Below, piece after piece: positions 1 to 12,500 of a stretch of 64,000 nt of DNA. The notes beneath the pieces were generated by a model. That model saw nothing but the letters and a program-made list of their open reading frames with translations, ran no database searches and was not told the origin of the DNA. The position numbers and the translations under genes were made by a program. Positions within the stretch are counted from its first letter, which is position 1; each line of letters begins with the position of its first letter. Origin of the DNA: Chiloscyllium plagiosum (lineage: Eukaryota); the NCBI RefSeq assembly GCF_004010195.1, contig NC_057743.1, positions 21,987,809-22,051,808 on the forward strand, in the 5' to 3' direction.

Positions 1-190
1 CCTTGACCTCCTTCCACCTATCGCATTTCCCACGCCCGTCCCCCAAGTCCCTCCTCCCTACCTTTTATCTTAGCCTGCTGGACACACTTTCCTCATTCCT
101 GAAGAAGGGCTTATGCCCAAAACGTCGATTCTCCTGTTCCTTGGATGCTGCCTGACCTGCTGCGCTTTTCCAGCAACACATTTTCAGCTC
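1..190 (+). mobile_element. 3' tail of a Penelope-like (Neptune-type) element or derived short repeat, carrying a hammerhead motif
   Basis: The same sequence family (ctgaagaagggcttatgccc..aaacgtcgattctcctg..gctgcctgacctgctg) recurs at 49502, 58842 and 35315, and resembles the tail following the GIY-YIG fragment at 5505-6020. Confidence 0.75.
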
Positions 191-200
191 TTCATTTCTA

Positions 201-891
201 TGTCTGACGACAGTCTCCAGATAGACGTTTATGACTGTCGAGAAATTTGCCCAATAGGTTAGAGATCACAAAACACTGCTCGAAGTGAAATTGACAAACA
301 GTTTATTGCAAGCAATATCGCTGGAAGGGAAAACAGACCAGCTGACACAGAACTGACAGTCTGTACAGGTAGATCAGATTTCTCTTCCCCAGAGCTGAGG
401 ATGAGTTTTACAGTAATGCTGCACAATGACACGGATTAAGAAATGGGAAACTACAATGTATCTGGAAATGGAGTAATATAGTTACAAGGATGCTAATTGG
501 AAAATAGTTATCGAATGAATGTCTTGTTCCTTCACACAATGCAACATACTGACAGTATCGATGGTTCCATTCCTCTTCACAGGTAGGTGTTAATGTCTCT
601 TCTGAAGTAGTGAGATGCTTCCATTGTCCTGTTCCTGGAGCATGTCCTTGCTGGTGCCTCTCTGTCTGACCTGGTCTTTGTGTGGCTTTGGTATTGCTGG
701 GTTGTGAAACTGCCCTTGGGGCTTTGAGATATCTGTGTGTTCTGTCATGTTCATGGGAGCTTAAAGTGTATTCCCTTGTCTGCGTGCTGTCTGATTCGGC
801 TTGTGAGCTGCTCAGGAATTCTGGTTGTTTTGGTACAGTTTGGCCAATTTTGCTTTTGTGGGCCTGTCGTGGGTTAGCAAATCTTTTCCCA
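201..891 (-). repeat. 3' LTR of the ERV (about 690 bp)
   Basis: Bounded by TG...CA. Preceded on the minus strand by a polypurine tract (aagaaaaaaggagagggaatta, 892-913). Minus-strand AATAAA at 302-307. Confidence 0.75.
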
Positions 892-1053
892 TAATTCCCT
901 CTCCTTTTTTCTTGTTTTGCTTAGGGGAGGGACAAGAAGGGGGCAATGTAGCCACAGTCAGGGGGATTGTCGGGTGGGGGGGGGGGGGGGATCTCCGTAT
1001 CAGACAGCTGGCTCTCAGTGTCTGAGTCTGGCCCAGCAGAAGCTCTCCCAAGG

Positions 1054-1410
1054 TCAGGAATGTAAGATATTTAATGGGATTGAGGCTAAGGGAATGCCTT
1101 TGTGAGAATGGACAGGGACCCTCGTGCACACCCAGCAGCAGGTCTGATTAAATCTCTGGGCATATCCATGTGCCATTTTGAGGAAGGTGTTGGCCCATAA
1201 GTCACGGTGGGTTATGAAATGTGTTGCCTCTTGTCCCTGTTTACTAGCAAGCCACAGTGTGTTATTCCGACAGATCAGGCCGAGGGTGCTGATGGCGATG
1301 GCTGCCGTGAGCAGTTGGATCAGTTGTTGGCGGTTGGAGTGGTGTCTTCCTCTGTGTGGTCCCTGGTCATTGGTTGTGGAACCCTCTTGTAGCGGGTGGC
1401 ATGTGTCCAT
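1054..1410 (-). pseudogene. env: Truncated ERV env (leader plus N-terminal SU with CWVC motif; no TM subunit)
   Basis: LIQLLTAAIAISTLGLIC hydrophobic segment, then NTFLKMAHGYAQRFNQTCCWVCTRVP. Overlaps the integrase C-terminus and reaches the PPT within about 150 bp of the stop. Confidence 0.75.
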
Positions 1411-4400
1411 TCGGGCCGTCCTTCCAGTTTCACAGCAGTCCAGCTCGTCATTAGGATTAGGTATGGGCCTTTCCACCGAGGGGAGAGAGAATCTTTTTCT
1501 CGTGATTTTATCATGACATAGTCCCCAGGTCAGAATGGATGAATGAGCACTGATAGGGGTGTGGGCAATGCGGCCCTGACCTGGTCGTGTATAGCACTAA
1601 TGCTCCTGCTAAGGGCCTGGACATACTCTAGGAGGGCCTCTTGTGTCAGAAGAAGGGTTGTGTCCGTGGTGAGTTTCGAAGGTCTAGTCACAGTGGGCAT
1701 AGGCTGCCCCATAAGTACTTCAAAAGGGGTGAGCCCAGTCGTGCGGTTTGCTTGTGCACGTATAGTATAGAGGGCACGTGGCAAGGCATCTGGCCAGGTC
1801 AGTCCTGTTCCTTGAGTGATTTTTATCAGTGTGGTCTTCAGGATACCATTCATTCGCTCGACCATGCCTGACAACTGGGGTTGGTAGGGGATGTGGTGTC
1901 GCCATGGTATCCCTCGAGCCTTGCTAATGTCAGTCGTAAGCCTAGCCATGAAGTGAGTCCCCCTGTCCGTCTCTATGCTACTGGGAACTCCAAATCTGGG
2001 AATGACATCCTTTAGGAGGCATTTAACTGCCATACGTGTGTCATCCTTCCTTGTGGAAAATGCCTCTACCCATTTGGAGAACATGTAACTTGTAACCCTG
2101 TTTTTGGGGCATGTGTGTGAAGTCAATCTGTAAGTGGCTAAAAGGCCCTTCGGGAATTGGCGGGTGGTTATATTTGGCAACAGGCTTTCCTGCATTATTC
2201 TGCAGACAGATGAGGCACTGTGAAAGCAGGGCTTGGGCAGCGGCAGTAAATCCTGGTGCATACCAGGACGGTGTTACAGTGTGTTTCATGCCCCTCTTGC
2301 CAGTGTGGCCAATGCCATGGGCTGCTAGGGCCAGTGTGTGTAGGTGGGCTCTTGGGCAAATGATGTGGCCATCAGGGTGTACAGCAGGTTGAGGGAAGGA
2401 GATTGTGTGGCCCTGATGCGGGCCCAACTGTCCTTTTCCTGCTGTGGAGCAGCTTCTTGGGCAGCTCGCACTGCCTCCACGAGGTCAGGGAATACTGGAG
2501 CCTTTGCTATTCTGGGGGCCTGCAGGATCTAGATGGTGGGGTGCAGAGCGGCTTCCCAGGCTGCTGTGTCAGCTGAGGCATTCCCGAGGGTGACTGGGTC
2601 AGTGGCAGAGGTGTGGGCTGTGCATTTGATAATTGCTATACCTGAGGGTAACAGCACTGCTTCCGGGAGGTTGAAGATCAATGCAGTGTGTTGTCGTGGC
2701 CTTCCTGCTGACATGATGAAGCCTCTCTATTTCCAGAGTGTGCCAAAGTCATGGACGAGTCCGAAGGCATATCTGGAGTCAGTATAAATGTTTGCTGTGT
2801 GTCCTTTAGCAATGACACAAGCCCTAGTGACAGCAAACAGCTCTGCAGCCTGTGCAGATGTGCCATCTGGCAGTGCAGCTGCCTCTAGGACTGTGAGAAG
2901 GGAGCAGATGGCATACCCTGCCAGTGTACAGTGGTCTGAGGGCTTGAAGGATGAGCCATCTGTATAGAGTACACCCAGCACGATGGGGGTGGCCTTGTCT
3001 ATTGTTACCACGGCTGCTGCCACAGCTCTCAAACACACCAGCATTCCCCTTACAACAGGCGGGAAGTGTACAGAGTAAAATGCAAAAGGGTGCCGGAGAT
3101 CCCCATGGAGTTGTGTTAGGATGCCGGATGCAAACCCCTCGGATTCATTACCATAGAGATAGAAGGGCTGAGTGTAGTCTGGGACCCCCAGGGCAGGAGC
3201 AGACACGAGTCACTGTTTCAATTCAGTGAATGCCCGTTCCATCTGTTGTGCCTAGGTTACTTTTGTCGGCTTCTTTGATGAGGCTGCATCCCGTAGGGGC
3301 TGGTCAATGGCACGATGGTCTGGGATCCAATGCCTGCAATAATTCACCATCCCCAGGAAAGCCTGTAGCTGAGTTCTTGTGGCTGGAAGGGGAGGAGCTG
3401 AGTGATAGCTGCAGCTCTTTCTTTGGATAGTGCCCTGAGCCCATGTGAGAGTTCGTACCCCAAGTACTGGACTGTGTCCTCGCAGATCTTTTCTATGGAG
3501 ACTCTGTGTCTGTCCGCTGCCAGACAGCACAGCAATGCGACAGTGTCCTGCATGCATGATTCCGTGGAGATGGAGGCTAGTAACAAATCATCTGCATACT
3601 GCAGGAGGGTGCTGTTGCATGGCAGGTGTAATGTAGAGAGGGTACGGTGTACTGCAGTGGCATAGACTGTGGGGCTCTCCGTGTAACCCTGGGGAAGCCT
3701 GGTCCTGCTCCATGTGTACTAGTAGCCGTTGTACATAAAAGCGAAAAGGTACTGATTCCCAGGGGACAATTTGATGGAGAAAAAGGCTGAGCAGAGGTCA
3801 ATTACAGAAAAGCAGGTGGCGGAGACAGGGATACTGGTGAGGATGGCGTTAGTGTCCGGGACCACTGGGGAACAGGTAATTACAATTGCATTTACAGCTC
3901 TGAGATCTTGGACAAAGCGCCACTTTCCTGGCCTCCTGGGTTTTGGGATGGGTAGGATGGGTATATTGCAGCGACTGCTTGTTGGAACCAGGATACCCTA
4001 CTGTAGAAGGAGGTCAATCACCAGCTTGATGCCTTCTGCCGCTGCTGGGGACAGTGCGTATTGCCGGAAAGATGGCAGTATGGCTCATTGTGATAGTTTG
4101 ACAATGTGTGGTGGGGCGGCCTTCACTTGGCCTGTGTAGTTGGGGTGTTGTGCCCACAGTGAGGTTGGGAGGTCTGCTGGCAATAAGGGGGTTCTTGTAG
4201 GAGGGGGGCAGTGTCTGGGGCTAGCTTGGTGAAAGTGGATTGGAATGTTGCTGGAATGCAGCGCACACAGAACTTCTGCTCAAGTTGGGCAATCTCTACT
4301 AGATGGGTGGGGGCTTGACCGAGGGGCGTGAAGTGTAGGGGGTGTCCCTTTCGGTGCACCATCATGTGGGCTAAATCCTTAAGGTGCCACGGGCTCTTAA

Positions 4401-5130
4401 CAATGAGGGGAATGGGAACAGCCGTTGCAGAATAGTGCAGCCTGTTGCTTGCTAAGCTGTACCTCTGCTGCCACTCCCTGTGGTCCCACAAAGTCCAGAC
4501 CAGTGAGTGCTAGTGCGGGGGTGAGGGTGAGATGAGGGTCCGCGAGTGCAGCATATGGAGAGCCCAGTTCCTGCAGGCCAGAAGCTGCACAGTGAAACTG
4601 ACAAAGCACCTTGTCAGTATCACCCAGTGGAGGAAAGAAAAAGTGGGGGATGAAAGGGGCTTTGATAACCAGGAAAGAAGGGGGTCAAGAAGAGGGTGGT
4701 GGGGCAGGTCCAGGCGTAGCAGGAACTTGTCTGATTAGGGGGTTCTGGGCTGGGATCATTGCCGCCTGCAACATGGAATAGTGGGTGTCCGGGGTCTCCA
4801 GTGTGAGGCTTTCCGGTGAACAGTGAATGCAGGCATTTAGTTTGCATCAGGTCTGTTGGCCCAGGAGGGCGAATGGGCAGGTAGCGGAAATGATGGCTGC
4901 ATCAGGGACAGTGGCTGGTCGGACACTAAAATTCACAGGTTGGGAAAGTGGCTCTGTCATGGGCACTGCCAAAACCCCTACCGTACGGACAGTCTTGGAA
5001 CTCGGGGAAAGTTCTGCAGAAGGAGGTGCAGGTGAATGGATGGCCCCAGAATCCACCAGAAAGGAGATGAGCCCCCCTCCCCCCAACTTCCACATCCATC
5101 ATCGGATTTTCCGATGGGGAGTTGGAAAGG
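1320..5130 (-). pseudogene. pol: ERV pro-pol pseudogene (protease, 2H insert, RT, RNase H, integrase with GPY/F C-terminus)
   Basis: Catalytic motifs are spread over several frames (ORFs 4847-5095, 3344-3586, 2727-3206, 2041-2427, 1530-2261, 1320-1514). Internal deletion between the tether and RNase H. Confidence 0.93.
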
Positions 5131-5490
5131 CGTATTGAGACCGCCTGCAGAACCTCCCTCTCGTGGCAACTCTAGTTTGTTTCAGGGGCACAGGGGAAGA
5201 GATCAGCCATAGTGTAGGCAGCTTGGCGAGGCTGCCACTTTGGGGTGGGGGGCTGCGGCTGCTGTGCTTGTGGAGAATGAGGGGGGATGGAGGGACCTGC
5301 TTGGGTGGTAACCAGCAGCGTTTAGCTAAGTGTCCTGGTTTGCCACAGTGCCAGTCTCTGTACTAGTCTGGCTGTGTTCCTAAGGTAGTCCGGTTGTGCA
5401 ATTTGGGGGAATGCCCCCATCTATTTTGGCCTGGTGAACAGTCCATTCCTATCCAGGTTAGTAAGTGTGGCTAGGGTGTCTCCCCCCCCC
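5131..5490 (-). pseudogene. gag: ERV gag C-terminal remnant (nucleocapsid zinc knuckle)
   Basis: WHCGKPGHLAKRC at about 5315-5355, just upstream of the protease. The rest of gag, the PBS and the 5' LTR are absent. Confidence 0.7.
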
Positions 5491-5504
5491 CCGGACGTTG
5501 TTTG

Positions 5505-6020
5505 CCAGGTAGCATCTCAGCCAGGCCCGCAGAGGCCAACTGGACCTCCTAGTCACCGGCCATTTTAATTTCCCTTCCCACTCCCTTTCCGTCATGACCA
5601 TCCTTGGCCTCCTCCATTGCCACAACGAACTAAACCGCAAATTGGAGGAACGCCACCTCATCTTCCACCTGGGCAGCCTACAGCCCAAAGGACTCAACGT
5701 TGAGTCCTCCAGCTTCAACCTCTCTTTCCATCCCCTGACTCCCTTCCCAGTCCCTCCCCCTCCTTTCCACTGCTCCCAGCCACCAACAGGATTCATTCTT
5801 CCCATTGGCCAACCAGGTCGTACCCTCTACCTGTCTTCACCTATCCCCACCTCACCACACTCCTCCCCCCCCCCCCCCCACCCACACCCAACCCTAGTCC
5901 TGAGGAAGGGTTACACTCAAAACATTGACTTCTCCACCTCCTGACGCTGCCTGGCTTGCTGTGTTCGCCCAGTCTCTTTGTCTACCTTAGGTTCCAGCAT
6001 CTGCAATTTTCATTTTGTTT
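5505..6020 (+). mobile_element. Penelope-like (Neptune-type) 3' fragment: GIY-YIG C-terminus plus tail
   Basis: ILGLLHCHNELNRKLEERHLIFHLGSLQPKGLNVE is typical of the PLE endonuclease end. Degenerate hammerhead (agtcCTGAGGA..AAAACATTgact) at 5896-5930. Confidence 0.85.
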
Positions 6021-6169
6021 CTAACCTTTGTCTGAAACCTATTGGCCTATTCCAGCTGGAAAAAAGTAACCGGGTGGAAGAACAAAATCCTTTTGTTTTT
6101 CTTTCCCCCATCTCTGGAGCCGGGGGGAGGCCTTACACTGACCGGTGGGAAATGCTGTAGCCTCCATCC

Positions 6170-6360
6170 CTGAAACAGAAAAGAAAAGCCCCTCCTGAGT
6201 TTGTGCGACTGGGGTTTCCTGAAACTGGAGCTCGAGAATGGCCGTGGAAAAAAGAGTGAAGAGAGGGGGAATTCCCCGCGCCCGGTATAAAACAGCAGCT
6301 TCAAGGGGCTTGCTCGGGTCTGACTGACAGTTATCTTGCTGTGAGGAGGGGAATTTACCT
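6170..6360 (+). promoter_or_regulatory. Inducible promoter of the TNFRSF4-like gene: ISRE-like site, NF-kB sites, TATA box
   Basis: GAAACAGAAA 6172-6181; GGGGTTTCC 6211-6219; perfect palindrome GGGGAATTCCCC 6266-6277; TATAAAA 6286-6292; GGGGAATTTACC 6348-6359. CpG-rich and directly upstream of ATG 6378. Confidence 0.8.
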
Positions 6361-6377
6361 AGCGCCGCTGCGGCACG

Positions 6378-6513
6378 ATGCAGCCCCTAGCCCGCTGCTG
6401 CTTCTCAGCGATTGTGCTCCTGCTTATCCCTGGCGCCGCTCTCTGCTGCGGCCCCACGGAGTATCAGTGGACCACCAACGAAGGGAGCGGCTGCTGTCCC
6501 ATGTGTCCTCCAG
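6378..6513 (+). CDS. TNFRSF4: TNFRSF4/OX40-like receptor, exon 1 (signal peptide and start of CRD1)
   Basis: MQPLARCCFSAIVLLLIPGAALCCGPTEYQWTTNEGSGCCPMCPP(G); donor cag|gtaac, phase 1. Confidence 0.8.
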
Positions 6514-9500
6514 GTAACCACGTTTTTTTTTAAAAAAGTGGAATGAGCTTTCTTTTTAAATTCTTTTTAGCGGACAAGCCTTCACATGTTCCCCGCTCTG
6601 ATTCGGGCCTGCACCTCCCCTCCCCCAACCCCCCGCTACCCTCCCCTGGAGCTCTCTGCCCCGGACCTTCCCCACCATCCCGAGAGTTTAAAGCGGGTTA
6701 GTCTAAATAAAACCGCCAGGCTTCAAAAAAAATAATAAATCCAGTGTTTTGGGCTGTTGGATAGGGAGTGAGGGATTGATTTCTGTGAGTCTTTCATGGA
6801 GCCAGCAATCTCTGAATTTATGAAGCTGCCCATCTCCAGGACCGTGTGCTGGAGCAGTGTCACTAGGAATGGAGACAAACCTGCTGCTAACATGAGGTTT
6901 GGGTAATTTACATTGTGAGAGCAGTTGAAGCAATTTATCACGAATATTTCCACACGGATGCTTTCAATTCGGTTTATCGTGTTTCTTTGACGTACAGCAT
7001 CTGAAGTAAGAACTACAGCCAGTTAGTTAATGGTGGAGAGATTCAACTTCCCTTTTTTACCCCCCAAAAATTTCCTGTTACCGCTTTAAACAGGATAGAA
7101 AAGCGATTTAAGGAAAAAAATGTATGAAGGGCAAATGTCTGGTGGAGGAGTATGTTGCTAGTGTTATAATGTTGCCAATCATAATTTCCAGAATGTGAGT
7201 AAAGTTTATTTAAACCAAAAGGATGGATAACTGTGGCTATACCTCAACTTGATGACGTTAATCCTCACGCCCCCCCGCCCCCAGCCTTTTATCTTAACAT
7301 TCCCAGGTTTGGAATGTCTGAGGGGGGAAATTAGCCTTTGGGATCTAGCCAGAAAATGGGATTGATTTATCAGACGTTAGGATCCCTGAACAGTAGGCAA
7401 TAATGAGTTAAAAAGGGTAAACTGTCCCAATCCACTTCCCAGAGGAAATGCTTGCCCAAGGTAGAGGACCTCAAATTCTGGTAGCTGCTTGATAAAAGTT
7501 CCATGAGTTGTGCTAAAATGCTGTAGGAATGCAAGACACATCTGAGGAATACATTAGAAAAATACCAACTGAATGGGTATGTGCCAGGGGAGTCCTACGG
7601 GTTTGAGGGAAATGGATTATGTCAAGTGCTGAATAATGGGAAAATTCAACAGAAATTAGTTGGATTTTCAATTCATGTAAATAATGGAGGAGGCAACTCA
7701 GAAATAACGGTGATCTGGGCAAAGTGTATCGTATGTAGCAGAACTTTGGTAAATGGAATGTCATAAAGAAAATTGTACCATGTTTCAGATAAGGAAATCC
7801 AAGTTATATATTTTCTCAGTGAATAAGAATGGCATTACAAGATTTAGGACACTTCCAAACAATGTAGAATAAAAGTTATGGAGGGTCAGGCAGGAAAGTG
7901 GACTTTAGACCACATGACATTAACTACGATCTTAGTGAATGATGTAAAAAGCTGGAGGGGCTGAGCACTCCTACTTCTATTTCTTATTCTTGTGATATTA
8001 CATTATCTGAAACAAATGTCAGATATTTACCTGTATTTAAACTTCAAAAGAAGAAGTGTTCACAAATTCAAACAAGAAAAAGTCAAAAGTAGGACTGTTG
8101 TCAGGATGTTCTTCACACAAATTATAATTACAAAATGGAAATATGTAAACTTGGACAGAGAGCATGGTTTTAAAATTATTTTACAATCTAGCTTTTATCT
8201 CATTCGTCCTCTGTTTCACTTGAAGACGACATTTGGTTGAGTTCCTGTGTCTTAAGTCTGCAGGAGACCGACAACTTGAGTTCAATTGTTTGTGGATTAA
8301 CCTGTTTTTAAAATGGTTTAAAATGTAACCTTTTAAGTAGATGTTACTTTCAAATGGAACTCAAACTCAGGACACTGAGAACAGCACATTGGGAGCTCAG
8401 AATCAAAGACAGATAGAAACATTAAAGGGGTTAATGGGTTACAGCTCTAGCAGTCACTGGGGTAAAGGCATCAGCCTTACAGAGCCATATGGAATCCAAG
8501 GCTGTTTTAGCAAGGACAATCAGCTTGACTTATTTTTCTATGTGATTGGTTGTCACATACAGAGACTAGAAAGAAAATGTGTGTACTGAATGTGCTCAGA
8601 GCATTAGGAACGATATTGGGTTACAGCAGGAAAAGCAGCCAGCATTTGAGTTGATTTGTTACTGAAATTCATTCAAAGCCGCACAACTCTCCTCCTACTC
8701 CAACCCTGATACAACTCTGATAAACATGAGTAACTGACAGCTTTCACATTTAACATCAAACTGGCAGCTGTTGCCCCCTGCCCCCACCCCCCCCAACAAG
8801 TGCAAACAATCCCCACCCACTTGTGCACTTCAGTTCCACCCATACAAGAGGCCCCTAGTATTTCTTGCATGGCTGATGTTCTGTAACATCTGCTTAGCTG
8901 CATAGTTATATTAGAGGGTGGTGTGTGAAACTATCCCAAATGATCCCAGCAATTCGGAGCATTGATGAATTTCAGGCACTAAGATGTCTGCACTGGCTCT
9001 AGCTTCAATTGACTCTGCCATTCGTTACAGTAAAGCAGTCAGGACTGGAGCTGCTGCAGTCATCGCATAGATAAAGGTCAAAGTGGTTGTGGAATGGAGG
9101 GTGTGGGCTTCAGAAGGTGGGTAAGGAACAAGTACACAAGTGGGCTGATTTCAAATGAATGGGGAAGCAAAGGTTTGGAGCAGAAAACTTGAAACCTGAA
9201 GTGGGAGGGGGAATTTCAAGCAACAAGAAAGGACAGGGAGGATCATAGTGACATAGAGGGAGCCGGAAAGTGAACTCTGAGCAGAAAATGTACAGAGGAT
9301 GTCTTATTCCATTCAATCTGCTTCATTTTCAAAACTGTGGCAAATTGTTAACAACCAGAGGGCTGACACACAGTTTCTTAAAAAATGCCCAGCAGAACAG
9401 ATATTTGCAGACTTGGGACTTTTTTTATATATTGAGTGAGTGGGTTGAGAAAGAAATGTATTTTTGAGTGAGAATAGAGTGAGTGAACAGAGATATGAAA

Positions 9501-12500
9501 ATATGTACTGCAAACCAACCAGTTGGAGGTATTTATTTGATTGAGTTTTCATTTGTAAGATAATATGTGATGACTTACATAGGAACAAGAATAGGCCATT
9601 CAGCCCCCTTACTCTGCTATTCAATTTCGGCAAGGCTGATATAATTTAATATAATTTTCTTGCACTATCTCCATGTTCCTTGGAGCCATTAGCATCTAAA
9701 AATCTATCTGTCTCTATCTTGAACTTAATAACTCAACTTCCACAGCCCTTTGAGGTAGAGGATTGAAGCCATTTACTTTAAATGTTTCTTGAAGACTAGG
9801 CTGTTGAATGATAAGCAGCAGTGGTGACCTTCTAAGGATCTGGTATTTTGATATCAATGTCTCATACACTTTATGATGCACAGACTTTTGGAAGGACCTT
9901 GACGATTGTAGAATGGAACTCAAGACCAGCGGATGTGCATGTAGCAACATTCAATTTCTACACAATCCACTGTGTTCCTCGTGTAATCTCCAGTATTTCT
10001 ACTCCGTATTTTGAAACTGTTAACAAACATGTTCATACACAGGGCATTTGCAAATTTGTAAAGTTAACCCAGCGTTGAAAACACTAGACAAATATGTGAA
10101 TTGTTACCTATAACCTGTCATTTCAATAATCCCTTTCTAAATAGTACTGGAGTTGCAGATTATTCTTTAGAGGGTACAGAGTGATGAGAGCTAAACAACA
10201 ATCTTTCAACAGCAAGTTGAAAATAATAAATGTAAGTACTGCCCATAACTGTGAAGTGATGGCATGTGTTCGGAAACATTTATTAAATTGACTACCTGAT
10301 GCTTGAGATAGCATCCTCAATGTAAGGCATTGACTATTCAGGAGATGGCAAAACACAAGTTTACAATTGTCGTTCCTTAGATATCATGCTCTGGGTCTCA
10401 GCTGGAGGTTTCATTTCACTGGTGTAGGTGCTAAATGGAGTTCAAATAACTCCTCACAGAATGGAGAACACTTTAGGAAAGCCATAGTACGTGTGCTCTG
10501 ATCATCACGATCCAGATCAGCAATCAGAGAGGCTGGGGAGTGGGTATTCTGCCTTGCCAAATTGAGGCTTGAAATTTGGTTTCACTAGGCATAGGAGTTG
10601 TAATTAAGAAAGGAAATGGAGGAATTTCTATCTAAAGCTGGTGCTTTCCTTCCATTGATTCAGGCAGCCTTAGTTTTGTTATTCTATCATTAAAAAACAT
10701 TACTCCACTAATACTGCTGCCAAACACGATTAAGTAGAGCAAGAAGTAGCTGCATTTTTGTACACTATATATCTGAGGTTAAAGCTGAATCTTTAATAAC
10801 AGAAAAAAGTTGAATCTGATCTGGTTAAAGTCATTGGAACTGGTGATCAGATTCCTGATTGAGAGCAATAACAGCATTTGTGGGGATTTAGTGTTTGAAT
10901 GGTTTCTTCAATGCTGCTTTAATGTTTTTATGCCACACGAGCCAGCAGTACTATCAGAAGCATTTGACAGAATGATTGCGGGACACTAATGGTGTAACAC
11001 ACTTGTTAATGAAAGAAACATGTAGACAATAGCCACTGCATGTGAAAGTACTCATTTTGACACTTATCTGATCTTTTATTTTAAAAATAAGGCTGTTACT
11101 AGAACTGATTTTCACTGTGTAATAATGTTAACAAAGTGCCAATTGCTCAAGTAGATGTCTTGCAAAACAGTTGTGCTTTTAGTCACACGAAAGTGAAATG
11201 TAACGTAGTAGAAACAGTTTTATGAACCAGGAGTACATACACAAGACATAAATCAATCATTTCTAGCATACTTCAAAGTTAAATGCAATTATAAACCAAA
11301 TATGGTTCTCAAGTACATAAAGTAATCAATAGCTGTGTAAAGAACCGAATAGTATGTGGGCAGCAGTTAGAAAGGCTGGTGCATGACTGAGGCTAACAGA
11401 ATGTACCAAGAAAGGAAAAAAAAGTGCAGCGATTGCCTCTAGTCCGGAGTAAACAGCAAAAAAAAAAGATTTCAACTAAAGTGGGTGATCCAGAAGCTTT
11501 GCACAAAGAGTGCTATGGAAAATATATGAAAGGGAACTGAGTCACTATCAAAGGAAGTTTATAAATGGTATCATAGTAAATTCCGCTGAAGTAAACATCT
11601 AAAAATTCACGTTTCCATTATGTGATTAGAAATTAAAAGCCATGGTAGTAAATTCTCATTTGTTTAAATTTAATTTTCATGAATGACCTTAATCTTTGTT
11701 TCTATTCTATAGGAATCGATAAGATTAAAGTAAATAGCAACTGCCTCCAGAATCCTTTCTACAAATTTCAGTATTTAGCATTAATAGTTTGTTACAGTTT
11801 ATATTCAGAAGCTCCCTTCCTGCAGTTCAAAGTTTTTTAAAATTTTAAAAAGAAGTAGCAAATTGCAAAGCAATTTATTGAATTCCAAACAAATAAATAC
11901 AGTATTCTGCTTCAAGGTATTCAGTGAGCAGAAAGTAGACGCTGGAAATACCTTGTTTCTTATCTTTGCTTTGAAGTAAGAATGTTATTTACCTTACCAT
12001 TACATAATTACAAAGTTTAATTTACAAAGACACATTCCAAACATGCATCCCCAACAAATAACTAAAATTTTGTTTCTGTTGTATTAAATTTTCAGTGTTC
12101 TTGCGTATAGGAGCCTAAGTCTATCACTAGTTAATATCAATTACCTGAACTCAATTAAATACTCAGTGACTATACACTGAACAGCCTGGAAGATCCCCAT
12201 CTGCTTTCTACTGTAACATGTGAATGATAATGGTTGTATGAAGATATGGCCCCACTGTTCACTTCCTTACTGATGATTTAAGCAAAAAATAAATTTTATG
12301 CATTACAGAAAGAGCCACACAACTTGGCAAGCACACCATTACTGCCAATGGCTGGCATATTAAGGTGCAATTTAGATATCTGTTTTGTTACGGACAGTAT
12401 GTCCTTTTGAAACATGATAAAACTAATTAGCTCAGATTCCCAATGTTGCAGATAAAAGCTGTTCAATTTTTTGATTGGTCATGAATCAACAACCCTTTAC

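Larger units (their letters stand above)
201..5490 (-). mobile_element. Decayed class I (epsilon/gamma-like) endogenous retrovirus, 5'-truncated: gag end, PR, 2H, RT, RH, IN, partial env, PPT, 3' LTR
   Basis: Ordered retroviral motifs on the minus strand: HCGKPGHLAKRC knuckle, FLVDSGA, LPQGYTESP, QYADDLLL, YTDGSS/SAQAAEL/YTDSRYAFG, HHCC, LQIDF..TDRGTHF..VERMNG, RWKGPY, env CWVC. Many frameshifts and stops. Confidence 0.95.

Noticed and set aside
2430-2560. Possible extra domain (e.g. macrodomain) between ERV RNase H and integrase
   Set aside because: The spacer is short and reads as an ordinary linker, with no macrodomain motifs.
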